Source: Kudoa neothunni (taxonomy: Eukaryota; Animalia; Cnidaria). From it: a DNA stretch of 64,000 nt. The DNA lies in NCBI GenBank assembly GCA_964304625.1, contig OZ199840.1:1008733-1072732 (forward strand), written 5' to 3'. Both the position numbers and the translations under genes were made by a program. How positions within the stretch are numbered: position 1 is the stretch's first letter; each line of letters opens with the position of its first letter. The notes under the pieces were generated by a model. It was not told where the DNA came from, did not search any database, and saw only the letters and a list, made by a program, of their open reading frames with translations. Below are positions 13,317 through 26,902 of this stretch, piece after piece.

Positions 13317-14189
13317 TGATATTAATATTGTTAACTAAACTAATACAATTTATTATTGACGTTATATTGTAAATATGTTATGACGGAATAAACATTTTTG
13401 ATTCAATGACAACATGTTAAATGATGGAAAAATACATATATTCAATTAATTAAGGGTTTTTAGGAAGTAACTATTGCAAGGGGTATATTTAATGATAATG
13501 GAATCTCTGCGGACGCATTGTACATATCTAATCCAGGAAACTTCCATTTATTTTCTATGTAAAAAGTCAAATGCATAGAATCTATTGTATTGAATTATTT
13601 TTGATTCATCATTACCGAGCTTAACGATGAAAAATAGTTAACTTTAATCAAATCTACACTCACCTATGTATTGTTTACCACGCAATAAGCCATTTTATTC
13701 TTTCTTTGCAAAAGGAGACTAAATCTTTATATATCGTGTACGTGAGCCGCTTATCTTTATAGTGTGGTAATATTATAAAGGATTCTATAGAAAAGATTAT
13801 TTTAATCTTTAATATCGATAATGTTGTAGGATTATTTGGGGGACGGATATCACAAATCATTCAAAACTTCCGATATAACTACATTTTGAGATATTTTTTT
13901 AAGAAGCCCCTTAATTGTAGTGATGCAATGATGCATTGATGCTATGCAAGGAATATTTCGGAAATAATTAGTTTTTTTCAAAAATTTACAATATTTTAAA
14001 TAACTTCAAAGCAGACTTTTTTCATTAATTGAAAAATATTTTAAGCCAATATTAATACCAATTAACGCTCATATTTGATAAATTCTTAAAAAATACCGGT
14101 TTATAAGAGTCATACTATAACTTGGGTATTTATTTTAATTTTTCGTGATGCAAATAGTAAATTTGCGAGCTAATATAATATTCTGTTTA

Positions 14190-17100
14190 GAGTAGATTGT
14201 TGATAACATACAAAGAACAACAGAACCAACAATGGTACTATATATATTATTAAGTAACTGAAGTAAACCAACTAAATAGAGTCAAGATAAAAATATAAAA
14301 ACGGATGATAAAATATTACCAACAAAAGTTTCCAATATAAACTACTCTTTTATGGGAAAGAGGTTTAAGAAAACTTACAATTTATTCTCGACATATTGTT
14401 TACGATGTTTTTATGCTGAGGACATCCATCTAAGTACAACAAACTATAGAAGAAATGTGGAATTGAGAGAATATAACCTTAGAGCTCTAAATAGTATTTT
14501 AAGTTAGATATATAGAGTCTAATTGTTCATAGCTCCCCAGATAATAAATCTAGAGGAATATTGTAAATTTTTGAAAAAATCAAAGAATTTTTTTTTTGAA
14601 CAATTATTATGTGGTATTTTATTGTTCTGTGATTTTATTCAATCTCTTTATAGTAAACCAAACAAATAACAAAAAAATTATGGTCTTTGAAATATCAACA
14701 AGATTTTGTCATTATTATAACATCGATCAAATTAAGCAGACGTTAAACATCAAACAAATTAGGTTTTATTTTGTTGAACTAGCATTGGTTATTAGATATA
14801 TTCACGACAATGGTTATATTATTGGGGATCTCACTCCTGATAGGTATTTAATGGTTGTGGAAATCGACTAATACCGTTTAGATTGCATCTGAATATGCTG
14901 GGCCATCTGAAAATCGTCCGTATATTATTATTCGATTTATTCCTTGTGTCAAATATTTAAGTTGATATTATTTTTTAAATTAATATTAAAATTGTTAACA
15001 ATAATTTAATATGAACAAAAATATTAAAAAAATATAGTTCCAATTAACATGTTGAAGGCTGGTTATTGGAAACCTCCGTATTATTCTACAGAACATAAGT
15101 TTTCCATCTATATAGCACCTGAGGTAATTTAAATACAAGCAATTCCTAATTGGATCGATTTCAGATAGTTCACAATAAAGTGTATAATAAACCTGCTGAC
15201 TGGTTTTCATTTGGAATTTTTATGGTACATAACAAATATTGCCATTATATATATAATCTGTTTTAGTATCACTTGTTGGTGGGGAAGTTGCCACTTCTTA
15301 AAACATTCCAGGATTTTTATATGGAATTCTTAGCGTATCCAACATAGAGCTAAAACGTTGAATAAAACGTATATTTATAAAGTTTGACTGATCAAAATAA
15401 TGTTGCTTCTATCCCTCTTTTAACGCTTTCAAAATTGCTCGAGGCGAATCCTCGTAACCGGTTATGCTCTCAAAATGGAATAAAGGACTTAGAAAATCAA
15501 CAATTTTTCGGGACAAATATTTTCAAAGTTACTAACTTAGATTAATTATTTTTAAAGTGTATTTGAAGTCAGTTCAAAATGGAATCATACAACCTCCTCC
15601 TTTGGATGCTTCTACCATAGCTTCCGTTAGAATTAAGGAAAAAACTACAATCGAAGGTATACATGTTCAAATACTATATATTGAGATAACATTATAACAT
15701 AGATATTCTACCATCTGATAAGCATTTTCCTACAAATAATCCATTGGATTACTCAAATCCTGTAATTTATGAAACTTCATCGAATATGGAAATAAAAACT
15801 ATTTCAACTGTGGATTAATTATTCTTAAGGGAGGCTTTCAAAATTTACAACATTCACATTTAACAGAAACTCCTCGTGAGCTATTCTACTTTTTTAAGGT
15901 AAAAATTAATATTTTGTTGATTCAATATTTATTGTTGATTATATTGAGATCTTTAACAAAATTTTTTAACCCTCTAACGGATTTAGGGTGTATTACATCC
16001 CAAACCACATTTAATGTGGACATAAAATTTTACAATATTCTCATAGAAAATTAAAATTTAGGCTATTCTCCTATATTTATTAAACGTACCATATATTCCT
16101 AACTTGGCTAAAATATAAATTCAGGTCATGCCAACAAAATTCCATCCTCTAAGGGAAGGGGCTTGTGGTGAAAAACACCTCAACGGGTTTTCTACTTATA
16201 TTAACTTTAAAAATTTTAATTAATGAAATGAGAAACTCCTGTAAAATTCCACTGACAAATTTCCAAGAAAATTTGCAATTAGTATCCCACCCAATCTAAG
16301 GCGGCATTCTTCGTCGATCGCTCTAAAGTTTCCGTTGGTATAATATTGAAGTTCTCCTATTAAATGAAATGGGCGGAGAAACATCGATAATGTTAGATAT
16401 ATTTTGTTGTAATAACTAACAAAAGTTTATTTTTGAATTATAATGTTTAGAAATACTTCCTCAGATATTTTATTTTAATTAATTATGCATTAATTTGGGT
16501 TGTGTAGGAAAATGGGATTATTTGAGCAAGAAGCTTGACTAGTTTGGCTATTCTGGTGGGTGATTAAAATGAGCATTTTCAGTGATTTTTTGATGATATC
16601 CACTCCCTTAGTAGTGGTGAGTTAGATAAAAACTTTTTTTTTACACGACTTAACGCAAACCCTTATTATTCGTTGAAAATAATCCACGATGATTGGATTG
16701 AGCCGAACCAAATTAAATGCTGTAATAGGTGTAAATTTACATCAAATTCTGCAGATAGAACCTTTTAAAAATTCTCATGTAAATTCAAAATCATTTTTTG
16801 AGTAAATCTAAACAAAAAAAACCTGGGGTGTTTTTCACCCCAAACCCGTTAAAGGATGGAATTTTTCTATAGTTTAGAGGGTTAAATTATTGAAAAATTT
16901 TATTTCTATAAGAAATTTTTATAAAATTTAATCGAAAAACTAATTATTAATTTTTAGCCTCTAGAAAATCACCAAATCAAACTTATTCAATGTTTGCAGC
17001 ATAAAAGAACGGGGCGATTCTACTTTGTAAAACAAATTCGTATGCCTCTTGAGGCAAGTCAAGAAAATCATGTATAAAATATTATTATTCACCGAAAAAA

Positions 17101-20100
17101 TCAATATTTCTTAACAAATCATAAAAATATTGTTAATACCCACCAACATAGTTGGTAATCGAAAGTACGTAATTCCCTCAGAAACTACTTTCTGAACGCA
17201 TTATTTGCATTTTTATATTGGAATAACTAAAAATATGATTTTAAGATTTTTTAACTTCAAAATATTAAAAAATTTTTCTTTAAGTGACATTCTCTGATAT
17301 AATAATTAATCCTTATCGTTGAGCTCAAATATAATGAAGATTAGTTTTATATCGATTGTATTTTTCTTGGTTATTTTCCTTAACTTAATTTTTACTATTA
17401 AATATTTTAATGATGCATCTATGACATTATTTTTCAACCATCAATTTTCATTGACTGGAAATATATAGCAACCTATATATTTTATGTAATCATAATAAAA
17501 ATCAAAATCATTAGACAAAATGCATAAGTCACTAAAACCTACCATACAACATAAAGTAGAAGTGTCCGTGTGTCTGTCTGTGTGTACGCACTTTTCATTT
17601 TTGATAGAGAGGCATATCGTTCTATTTGAGCACATATTTGGAAAGATAAAATTTTATTTTAAAACAAAAAAATACGTAAAAAATTGTAAAAGGTTTGCAT
17701 TCTGCGAAATGACTAAAAACATTTTCACGTGACATGAGAGGTATGATTTCGGGATTTATGCTAACATATAGATCATTTCGTTAAAGTTATAAAAAGTTAA
17801 CATTAAATGTACCATATTGTTTATTTTACTTTAAAATTATTAAAGGTAATTTATTAATGGAAATAGTTCAAATAAGTAAGATAATATTAGGTTATGTAGC
17901 CAAACATTAATACGAAATTCATTTGTTGATGTTTAATAAGATTAGTCGTTTTCATATGGTATGATTTAGAGATTACTGAAAACAACAAGGAAAAAATCGA
18001 TATTTTAGGAGCTCTATATGGGAAGTTCAAACGCTCAGTAGTGTTTATTCGTTTTTAAAAATATTAAATAAGGTTCGTGCACCCAATGAGTTAAATAAAT
18101 CATCAGTTAATTGGGTAATCTTTGTACTATTTATCTAAATACTCTGAATTTACTTTGAACTTCAAATGACCATGGCCTACTCAAAAGGCTTTAGTCTGCG
18201 GGGCTTTTGCGCTAGTTTTTTACATTTACATTTAAATCAAAAATAAATGATTTTTTGTTAAATATATAGAAAAATTTTATTCCGTTATCGAAAAATTCAT
18301 ACGTGATTATTATTAATTATTTTTGTTATATTCAGATATGTTTTTTTTGTATTAACCATATATCATAGTCTCATGCTTATTTTCGTCTAGTAAACTCCCT
18401 AGTATATCATACATATTTTAATTGTATATTTTAATCGATATATTTTCATATAATACATGACTATATCTATAGAATAATTTATTACGTTATTAAAATATTC
18501 CATCTTATTTACGATAAAATTATTTCTTATAAAAATTAATATAATTTCTTTAGAATTTAATATAAAATCTAAAGAAAATCGTTAATCCAACTTTACAAGT
18601 AGTGTAACACATTGCTTAGTTGTGTTTGCACTAACATAAGTGAATTACGAATTAAACCCTATTTATCTCATATCGAGCTCTATTTAACTACACGGCAAAC
18701 TTTCAAGGTAATAATTAACGCAATGATGAGTGTTTTAACTATTTATTTCATTATTAATATTTTATCAACTAAAATTAGCATGATAAATATACTTCATTAA
18801 ATCGCTCAGCCATAAAAACTATTAAACTGATAAATCATTTGCTTTCTAGGTGTCACTCTGCATTTATTTATAAAATATGCGAAAACATTTTAAAATTTTA
18901 TACTTTTTATTTAATTCGGATTCGGTGTATATCATAAAATGTCTTGTGATGGCTATTTCGCGTTTCGAGATTTAGACAGGAATAATTTCACAATATTTTT
19001 TAATCTCCTTCAAAAATTTAATCGCGTCACTAAAAATTACGACTAATAATAAAGCGAAATTAAATGAAAATATATTAAGTCCTAATGTAGAAAATAACTA
19101 TGGTGTTGATGTTAACACGATATAATAAATTATTACAACAAATAAATTGAAAAAAGCGCACGCGCCTTAAAATTTGTTGATAAAATCCACCTGTCGTAGA
19201 ATTTTTCTTTGTGATCATAATTACCTCACATTAATTCTTCATATAAAAATCAAATGTCATACTAATTCTGCCTTTGTAACATTTGTATTACAACCCCTTA
19301 AGTACAACACATGTTACAGCTATCAATGGTGATTTTTCATTTTAATGGTAAATATTGTTACATTAACCCCCAGATAATGCGCAATTCGTTATATTTTAGT
19401 ACATTTGTTGATAATTTTATATTGATAAAAAAATAATAATATTTGAAGTTAGTAAATTATTCTTGATGGTTGAATTTTATACAAGAAATAAAAATTTGTA
19501 AATAGAAGAAAAATGGATATCCTTACCATTGCGTAACTTAAATTGTTGATTTTAATCCTTTTAATCTTCCATATTCTTTACAATAAAAACCGAAAATGAA
19601 TTACTCTCACTAAAATCTTGAGGATAAAATTAAAATAAATAAATAAACATTATAATTTATAATTACAAATTTTAATGAGACAAATATTCGCGACAGGATT
19701 CGAGGAATCATTTAATGGCGGATAGACCTTAACTTTCTAATGTTGACTGTGTATATATTAACTTTGGTTACAATTTTTATAATCAATCATTACACTAAAT
19801 AGTCAAAAAAAGAAGGAAAATCAATAAAATCGATGAAAATTTAAAAAAATAAATATTCGTAATGTATTCACATATAGATGTCTCAGTTTTCTGTATCTTT
19901 TTGTTATTGCATAATTTTTGTTGCACTCATAAAGTTGGTCATATACAGATTCTACCATAAATAAACAATGAAATTTCAGGGAAATGTAATGGTCACGTGA
20001 TTTAGAAAAATAATAAATCTTCAGTTTAATTTTATAAATTGTACAATCTTGCATCTTCACAGTAATAAATATATTGTGAGAAGTTTAATCTAGCATAAAC

Positions 20101-21162
20101 TTTGAATACAACGTGATCATGAAATTGCATACTATCGGTTACTTACTGTAGAGAATATTTCTTATTGAGATATTTTTCCTATATATCAATTAATTTTCTC
20201 CATATTATTTTAGATACTATTAAAATTTGGCGATCATCCACACATTATTGATTTAATAGACGTAAACCTTAATATGTTGAGGTCACATTTTTATTTATTC
20301 TGGTATAGATATTAATAAATAGATCCATTTATACGATTGTTTTCGAATATTTTCTGTCAATAACAGCATACGATTTTAATAATCAATATTTCGTCACAGA
20401 AAATCAAATAGCAGTCATATGCAGTCAGATCTCATCAGCTCTAAAATACCTACACATGAATGGAGTCGCTCATAGAAATATTTCTCCATTTAGCGTTTTA
20501 ATTCAGCAAAACAACCACGAAAAATTACATATAAAAATATCCGGATTTGGTTGGGCAAAAACTATTTTTAGTTGCGAAGAAATAATACAAAATCCCAATA
20601 ATATAAATTCCAATGTCCCGGTGGATGTGAAAAATCCTCATGTTTATTCATTTAAAAATTTGATTAGGAACATGGATTCGTGAACATAGATCAATTATAC
20701 GATAATTGGTGCGTGGGAGCAATAATGTTTTTCTTTAAATTTTCGTAATTTAAACTTTGCTGGTTTTTCTTAATTCATTATCCTAGGAGGTTGCCAATTG
20801 AACATATACCTTCTTTCAGTGGTAACAAAGCTAATAAAGCAATTCAACTCCAAAAATCTGTAAACATTGGCACGTGTTGCGAAAAGTTTTTTTCAATTTT
20901 TAAAGTAAAATCAAAAAATTAATGTCTTATGTTTATAATACACTCAGGTACCAATACGAAAGTTGATTAGCCTTGACAAAAATTATATACATACGGCTGA
21001 TGATTTGGTAGAAGAATTTGCCTTAATTTTTATAATTTGATTTAGTTGAGTCAACACATTGGTGAAAATATTGATTACCTAGCCGATAAAAATATATTAT
21101 GCCTTTGTCGTCAAGATCGCTCACTCATTCACTTACAATTTACTATCTGGCGAAGAACATAG
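14190..21162 (+). CDS. p90 ribosomal S6 kinase (RSK/MSK)-like two-domain protein, paralog A, predicted dual pseudokinase; multi-exon, 5' end approximate
   Basis: Spliced exons give an AGC-type N-domain (ELALVIRYIHDNGYIIGDLTPDR..LGHLKI, YIAPE, KPADWFSFGIFMYHLLVGKLP, LLEANPRNRLCSQNGIKDL) and a linker (QPPP). A CaMK-type C-domain follows (HKRTGRFYFVKQI, ILLKFGDHPHIIDL, LKYLHMNGVAHRNISP, IKISGFGWAK, DNWCVG), ending FTIWRRT* at 21162. Confidence 0.8.
15970..16881. mobile_element. piggyBac-derived non-autonomous element (~910 bp) inside a kinase intron
   Basis: TTAA|CCCTCTAA ... TTAGAGGG|TTAA. Inner inverted repeat between ~16136-16190 and ~16820-16866 includes GGGGTGTTTTTCACCCC. Confidence 0.8.
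17545..18215 (+). mobile_element. Helitron-like non-autonomous element (copy 2) inside the large kinase intron
   Basis: Homologous to 9730-10020, with a GTCT microsatellite near the 5' end. The 3' end GGCTTTAGTCTGCGGGGCTTTTGCG-CTAG|T fits a Helitron GC-rich hairpin followed by CTAG. Confidence 0.6.
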
Positions 21163-22331
21163 CCATATCAATGATTATTTATTTCAGTTAATAAAGATTA
21201 GGAAATAATTTTTATCCTAATAATATCAGTTTTATAAGTATCTTATAATATAATACAACAGTTTTTTAATTATTATTTTACTGTTATTTTGAACGAATAA
21301 AACCAATATTTATCAGCTACACAGAAGTCTAATAATTACTATCTTGAAGGTGAATCCACTATTATATATATTATTGAAAAAATTATCGATATATGCTAGT
21401 AATTATTAAAAAATATAATAATATTTTTCTATAATTTTTTCAAATGTACATTTTAAAGTTATTATCTAGTTGGAAATTAAAATAACCCTTTTTGCAAAAA
21501 ATTTATTCATTTTATTTTCCGAGGAAAAAAATACTATTAAAATGTAATACATATGAGAAATAGATGATTAACAAACAGAACATTTTTCCGAAAAATAGAA
21601 ATATATTTTACATTCCAAAGGCAATTATTGAACATAAGTTTAAAAATTAAAGATAATATTCTACATTTATATGATTTAATCACTTGTTTTATAGTTGATT
21701 TTAATAATTCGAAAAGTCTCAAAAATATCCGCGGTCAATCAAATTGATAATCAATCACTGCGCAAACGGACCAGGTTAAAATCCAATACGCATTTATTCG
21801 CTCAGGTAGAAATAATGTTGATATTTTTGCCATAATATACCATAGCAGATATGACAATATTATATAACAACTAGCTTAGGTTATTATTGGTTATAGTTAT
21901 AACGACAATTTAAATTAATAGGTCAACCCAATAGTTATCTTAACCATCATAAAACCATACTTATAAAACTTAGGCGTTACCATGGGGCCGCTTATAGATC
22001 TCATCTGTTACACGATATAATTTTATCATATTCATCTAACAGGAAATTTTTATAACCATGAAAATAATACTAATGAAATTCTATTGGCACGGATCATAAT
22101 ACTAAATTATATTGATATTCAATTGTAGAGAATAATTAAATGTGGTAGATTCTAAAAAAAGATTATTCATCATCTATAAATAGGAACTGCTGTGATTAAG
22201 ATTGGGCATTGCGTATACATAATTGCAATTTTCGATTAAATCGATCCGTGTATTTTGAGTGTCCTGACATATTAGTATTATGAGTGAGCCGTTCTCATTC
22301 GATCATGAAAAACTGTACACTCCAAGTACAA

Positions 22332-22552
22332 AGGGGCTCATACATAACGAGTCGGGGAATGGTGTCTCATTATGTAGAATCGCTGCATTACGTACGAGCC
22401 GTGTTTTTGATTTGTTTTTTTTTACAATGATCAATATTTTTTTTTTATTATTTATTTATCTCGTAGTTAAGATTCTTCTCTTTATTATAAGTAGGAATTA
22501 GACAATTCAAATCTATTTTTGTATAAAAAAATAGAAATTACGTACGAGTCCT
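22332..22552. mobile_element. Possible short MITE with degenerate TIRs
   Basis: AGGGGCTCATACATAA versus the reverse complement of the right end, AGGACTCGTACGTAA. TTACGTACGAG also repeats at ~22388. Confidence 0.35.
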
Positions 22553-23159
22553 TTTACATTGTAGTATAAAATTTACCGAATCATAATTTCGATATATCTC
22601 AAAAACTAAACCTCCTCATACAAAACCCATGAAGATGGTTTCGTTCGCGATTCGTATCTAAAATTTACATTTAAAATAAACTTCGATTGTGTATCGTGTC
22701 TGCATTTCACGGCGGGGAAAATTTCGTTCGTGTTTCGTGCCAAAATTCAGGCATGGTATTTGATTTGTGAAAATACGAATGCGCATTTTTTGTAGTCGAA
22801 CCTTGGTCCATTGCGTTGAAACGTAGTGATTCCGTACAGCTACCAATATAAACCAGAATTACACTCATTTTGATTACAAAATAAAACCCAACCCCCTTTA
22901 TATACAAGAAAAGCCTTAGTTGAGTCAAAATTTTAATTATAATTAATTTTGCATATAAAAGAGAAATATCTCTAAAAATTAAATGAAATTACGCTAAAGT
23001 CATGATATTGCGTGTTTTTTTGGGAATAGGAATTTTCCACACAATATCGAGACACACGCGTGCGCGAATAACTGAAATTAATATCTTTATCAAAAATGTC
23101 ATCTGTTTTTTAAACTTATCCCAATTTTTAATAATTTTATATATTTTGCCCATTATGGA

Positions 23160-24876
23160 GTGAATATAGATTAAAGAAACGGGATTCTATCGCACCAAAA
23201 CTTTTCTGATAATATTTATAGCATCTTTTAATTCAGCCGATCTAACTTTATCAATACTTTCATAAAAATCCGGATCTTCATCACATTTTTAAATAATCAA
23301 AATATTTTTATCGACTTGATGTGATGCGTCCTCATGTACGGTTTCAGCTTCTTCCAATTCGCCTATATCGCCAAAGTCGCCTAGGAATTTGTTGAAACTA
23401 ATTTACAAAAAATGCATATTTACTAACAATTTTTGTTTCAGATGCAGAGTCTACATCCGCATTATGATCCTCTTTATTTTATATTATATTAATTTATTAG
23501 TTAGTCTTACGATTAACTAATATCTGAGATTTCTTGAACCAGTTTTCATTAGTTTTTCTTTCCACTATTTCCCAAGCTTCTCTCAACGTATGAAAACAGT
23601 CCAAAATCATGTATTTGAAGGATGTTTATGTATTCTCGTCGGAAAGAAACTGTCTAGCCAACGATTTGTAGTAGTTGGCCTTCAGGCTATGAGTGATGCC
23701 GAGACCCATTGGCCGGAGGACACTGGTGGTGTTTTTACGGATGAACAACAATTCAATGTCTTTAAAGTGGTTTGTTAAATTGGGATGAGGCGGTAATTAA
23801 ACCAGGATGATAACGACTTTTCTGTCTTGTTGGTCGAATTTTTTATCTAATTCTTTAAGGATTCCTAAGAATAGAGCCACGGACATCCAACCATTTTTTT
23901 GTGACGGATAGTTTACTGGAAGATTTTTAGACCCATTCAATGAACAACACGACTTCTTAAATTCTCCAATCACCTAAAGTGGAAATTTCTCGCCGTTACA
24001 TGAAGCAATAATCAACATTGTTACCTTTTTTTATTGTTTTGTTCCGTTTACACCAGGTTTGTAATTGGTAATATACGTTCGCTGAGATAATTGCTCGTAT
24101 GAAAGGGCGCCTTCGTCCATATTTATGATATCTTCCCATTTAAATTTATCAAGGATATTAGAATTATTGTTCATGCATTCGGGGATGGCACTGATATCAG
24201 CACTTCCAGCCTCTGTATGTAAACTGATATTCATCATACAATACCTTGTCTCGAAATTAGAGAACCAACCTTTACTGCAGTTAAAATCATTAATTTTAAA
24301 ATCTTCAGCTACTTTTGCAGCCTTTCCGCAAATAATAAATCTAGAAATATTTTTCTTCTTTTCCTGTTGGAGAACAATCCAGGTGAATAAGAGACTTTCA
24401 AGCTCATCATATTCCCCGTTTTTGTTCTAATAAGACTACCAGAAATATTCGAATCAACAATTTCGCTTTCCTTGGACAACATTCCATCTAACGAAGAATA
24501 GCCTATGTTTATTTAAAAATCATTAGAAATTAATGCTTATTAGGCAGGTTAAATTTATTTAATGGTAGGGCTTTGGCTCTAGGAATCGTTTCTAATGAAT
24601 TATAGTATAATATTATTTCACGTTTATCCTTAATGCTTCTCCGACACCCAACTATTTCAACTTCTGTAACACTTCAAATGACCGATTTATCGGATTATTT
24701 AGAAAAAAAGGTCATTCAATGGTGAGACCACCGATTTTCAACGTCCCTACGTATAAATATGTATATATATGAACATATCCTTTTAACCATATAACAACAT
24801 TTCAGCCAATTTATTGTAAGGTGTGAATTAAACAAAGACTACAAAACGAAAACCACGCTATATTGAGACTTTAATG
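23160..24876 (-). mobile_element. pogo/Tigger (CENP-B-like) transposase pseudogene with one probable TIR
   Basis: Minus-strand frames read SIKDKREII (HTH), GWFSNFETRY..LHTEAGSAD, WEDIINMDEGALSY and KKVTMLIIASCNGEK, with many stops. The right end TA|CATTAAAGTCTCAATATAGCG (minus strand) resembles a pogo/Tigger TIR. The left TIR was not located. Confidence 0.82.
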
Positions 24877-25735
24877 TATTTCAGTTCACTCGTCGATTTA
24901 ATTTTAATCAAAAAAATTTTATAAACAAAATATTTTTTTATGCATTAATATGCAGTCTAATGTTTTGATAAATAAGCTTTCCAAAAGTTTCATAAAATCC
25001 ATTTTTTACACTAATCTATGAATTAATAAATGACAACTATTCACGGTCTTATTTTTAATTCTGCACACCAACAATTAAAAATTAATTCATGTAAATGTTT
25101 TAATATTAAAATTAAAACTTAATATAATTAACAGGAAATATTACCGTTTTCACAATGAGAAAAACGTAAACTGAAATAATACCAATACGAAAAATAAAAT
25201 TCAGATTCCCTTAATTCTTGGTTATTTTTTATCGATTATAGGGGCAAACCGTGGTTGCTTAGAAGAAAAAGCTTTTTATACTCATTCTCAAAATTTAGAG
25301 AGTTTCTGTATTTTTTGATTATATAAAGTAGACTAAAATCCAGTTTCGTGTAACCAACTGGCGACGAACGGGACCATGATTTCCAATGTAGTCTTGGAGA
25401 GAGCTGGATAATAATTTAGCGCACTAAACCAAATGTTTATCAGTGAAGTTGAATTGATGAGTAATTTTATTTTTTGAATTGTCTAAAATTCACTCAAACA
25501 TTCTTTATTTATATTTAACGCCAACATTTGTTATAGTTCTACCTCTGAAAGGAAATCGGGACCTGTCGAGACCCCAAGACGTTTCTTTTTGGTCCTAGCA
25601 CAAAAATGGGTTTTTGTTAATGTTGCAAATTTTAGAATGTTTTAACAGAATTTAACTTTATATATATATATATATATATATGTAAAAAATAAATTTGTTT
25701 TCAGTTTTTTAAGTTATAATAAAACCAAAAATATA

Positions 25736-25975
25736 CAGTGGGTGTCGTGTTCTGGGTGCCAAAATGGGAATTTGATCCTAGGTTACCACGAGTCGTAAAT
25801 CTGCGCTAACTATTTCTTAAAACGAATTAAACTGAAACGAAAGATCTGAGAATTCATTGTAATTGTAATTGATTTGCTTTTATATATTTTAATTAAATGA
25901 GTAACAATATTGTGTAAGTCATCAAATCATGGCTGGTGCTTACGAGTGATACTACGCACGACCCGTCACCTACTG
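25736..25975. mobile_element. Tc1/mariner-type MITE (~240 bp)
   Basis: TA|CAGTGGGTGTCG ... CGTCACCTACTG|TA, i.e. degenerate TIRs with a TA target duplication. Confidence 0.55.
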
Positions 25976-26902
25976 TAGTCAGTTTAATGTACCGCATTCC
26001 GTTAATGCGGTGATTTTATAATGTGCTATTTCTACCATGTTACTAAATATGAGCATTCTAATGTGGCATTTATAATGCAAGCTAATATCAAATGTGATCC
26101 ATTGATTTCATGGTTGTTCTAAATTTATTCTGATTCTCGCATTGAGTTATAATTTAGATATATTAATATGTTACTTTTGGTTCATTTTTATATATCGATA
26201 AGATATTATAAAGATAAATTGGATTTAAAGCTTTATAATTTCTTTATTGAAAATAAAAACAATAAAGAAAGAAAATTGATATAAAAAACATGTTTTTATG
26301 CTTAAATAAATGTTAACAGAAGGCTTATATGAGAATAAACAAAAAATGCAAATTACTAAAGGTTATCGATCTTTTAGTTGGGTATATATTAACAAATATA
26401 TCCTAGGACCGATTAAAATATTCCTTAATACCTTATTTATAAAAAGCCATAAAAATATATTGTTTTATTTATATATTATGTCACAAGTATACCAAATTGA
26501 GACTGAGTATAATAACATTATACCTGTTAATTTGGATGAGATTGGGATTTTTCGCTAGAATACTTTTTATAAGGACAAGCTATTAATTTGCTACATAAGT
26601 AACATCAGAATAAATGAGTAAATTTTGGGGGAAGATTCTTCGTAGGATTACCCTATTCTCTACGGTGTTTTTTATTAGTAATAAAAATAATTACAAAGCA
26701 CTAGCGAAATGATCTATACAATATGCATCTCTAAGATCCTAATAATATTCGTTCACAATATTATAAGGTATTATATTATAAAATAACTAGCAATACTGAT
26801 CTAAAATAGATCGTGGTAAATTAATTTAATTTTTAGCTCGAATAAAACTTCTAACGATTTAATAACTTATATATATATATATATATATATAATTTTTAGA
26901 GT

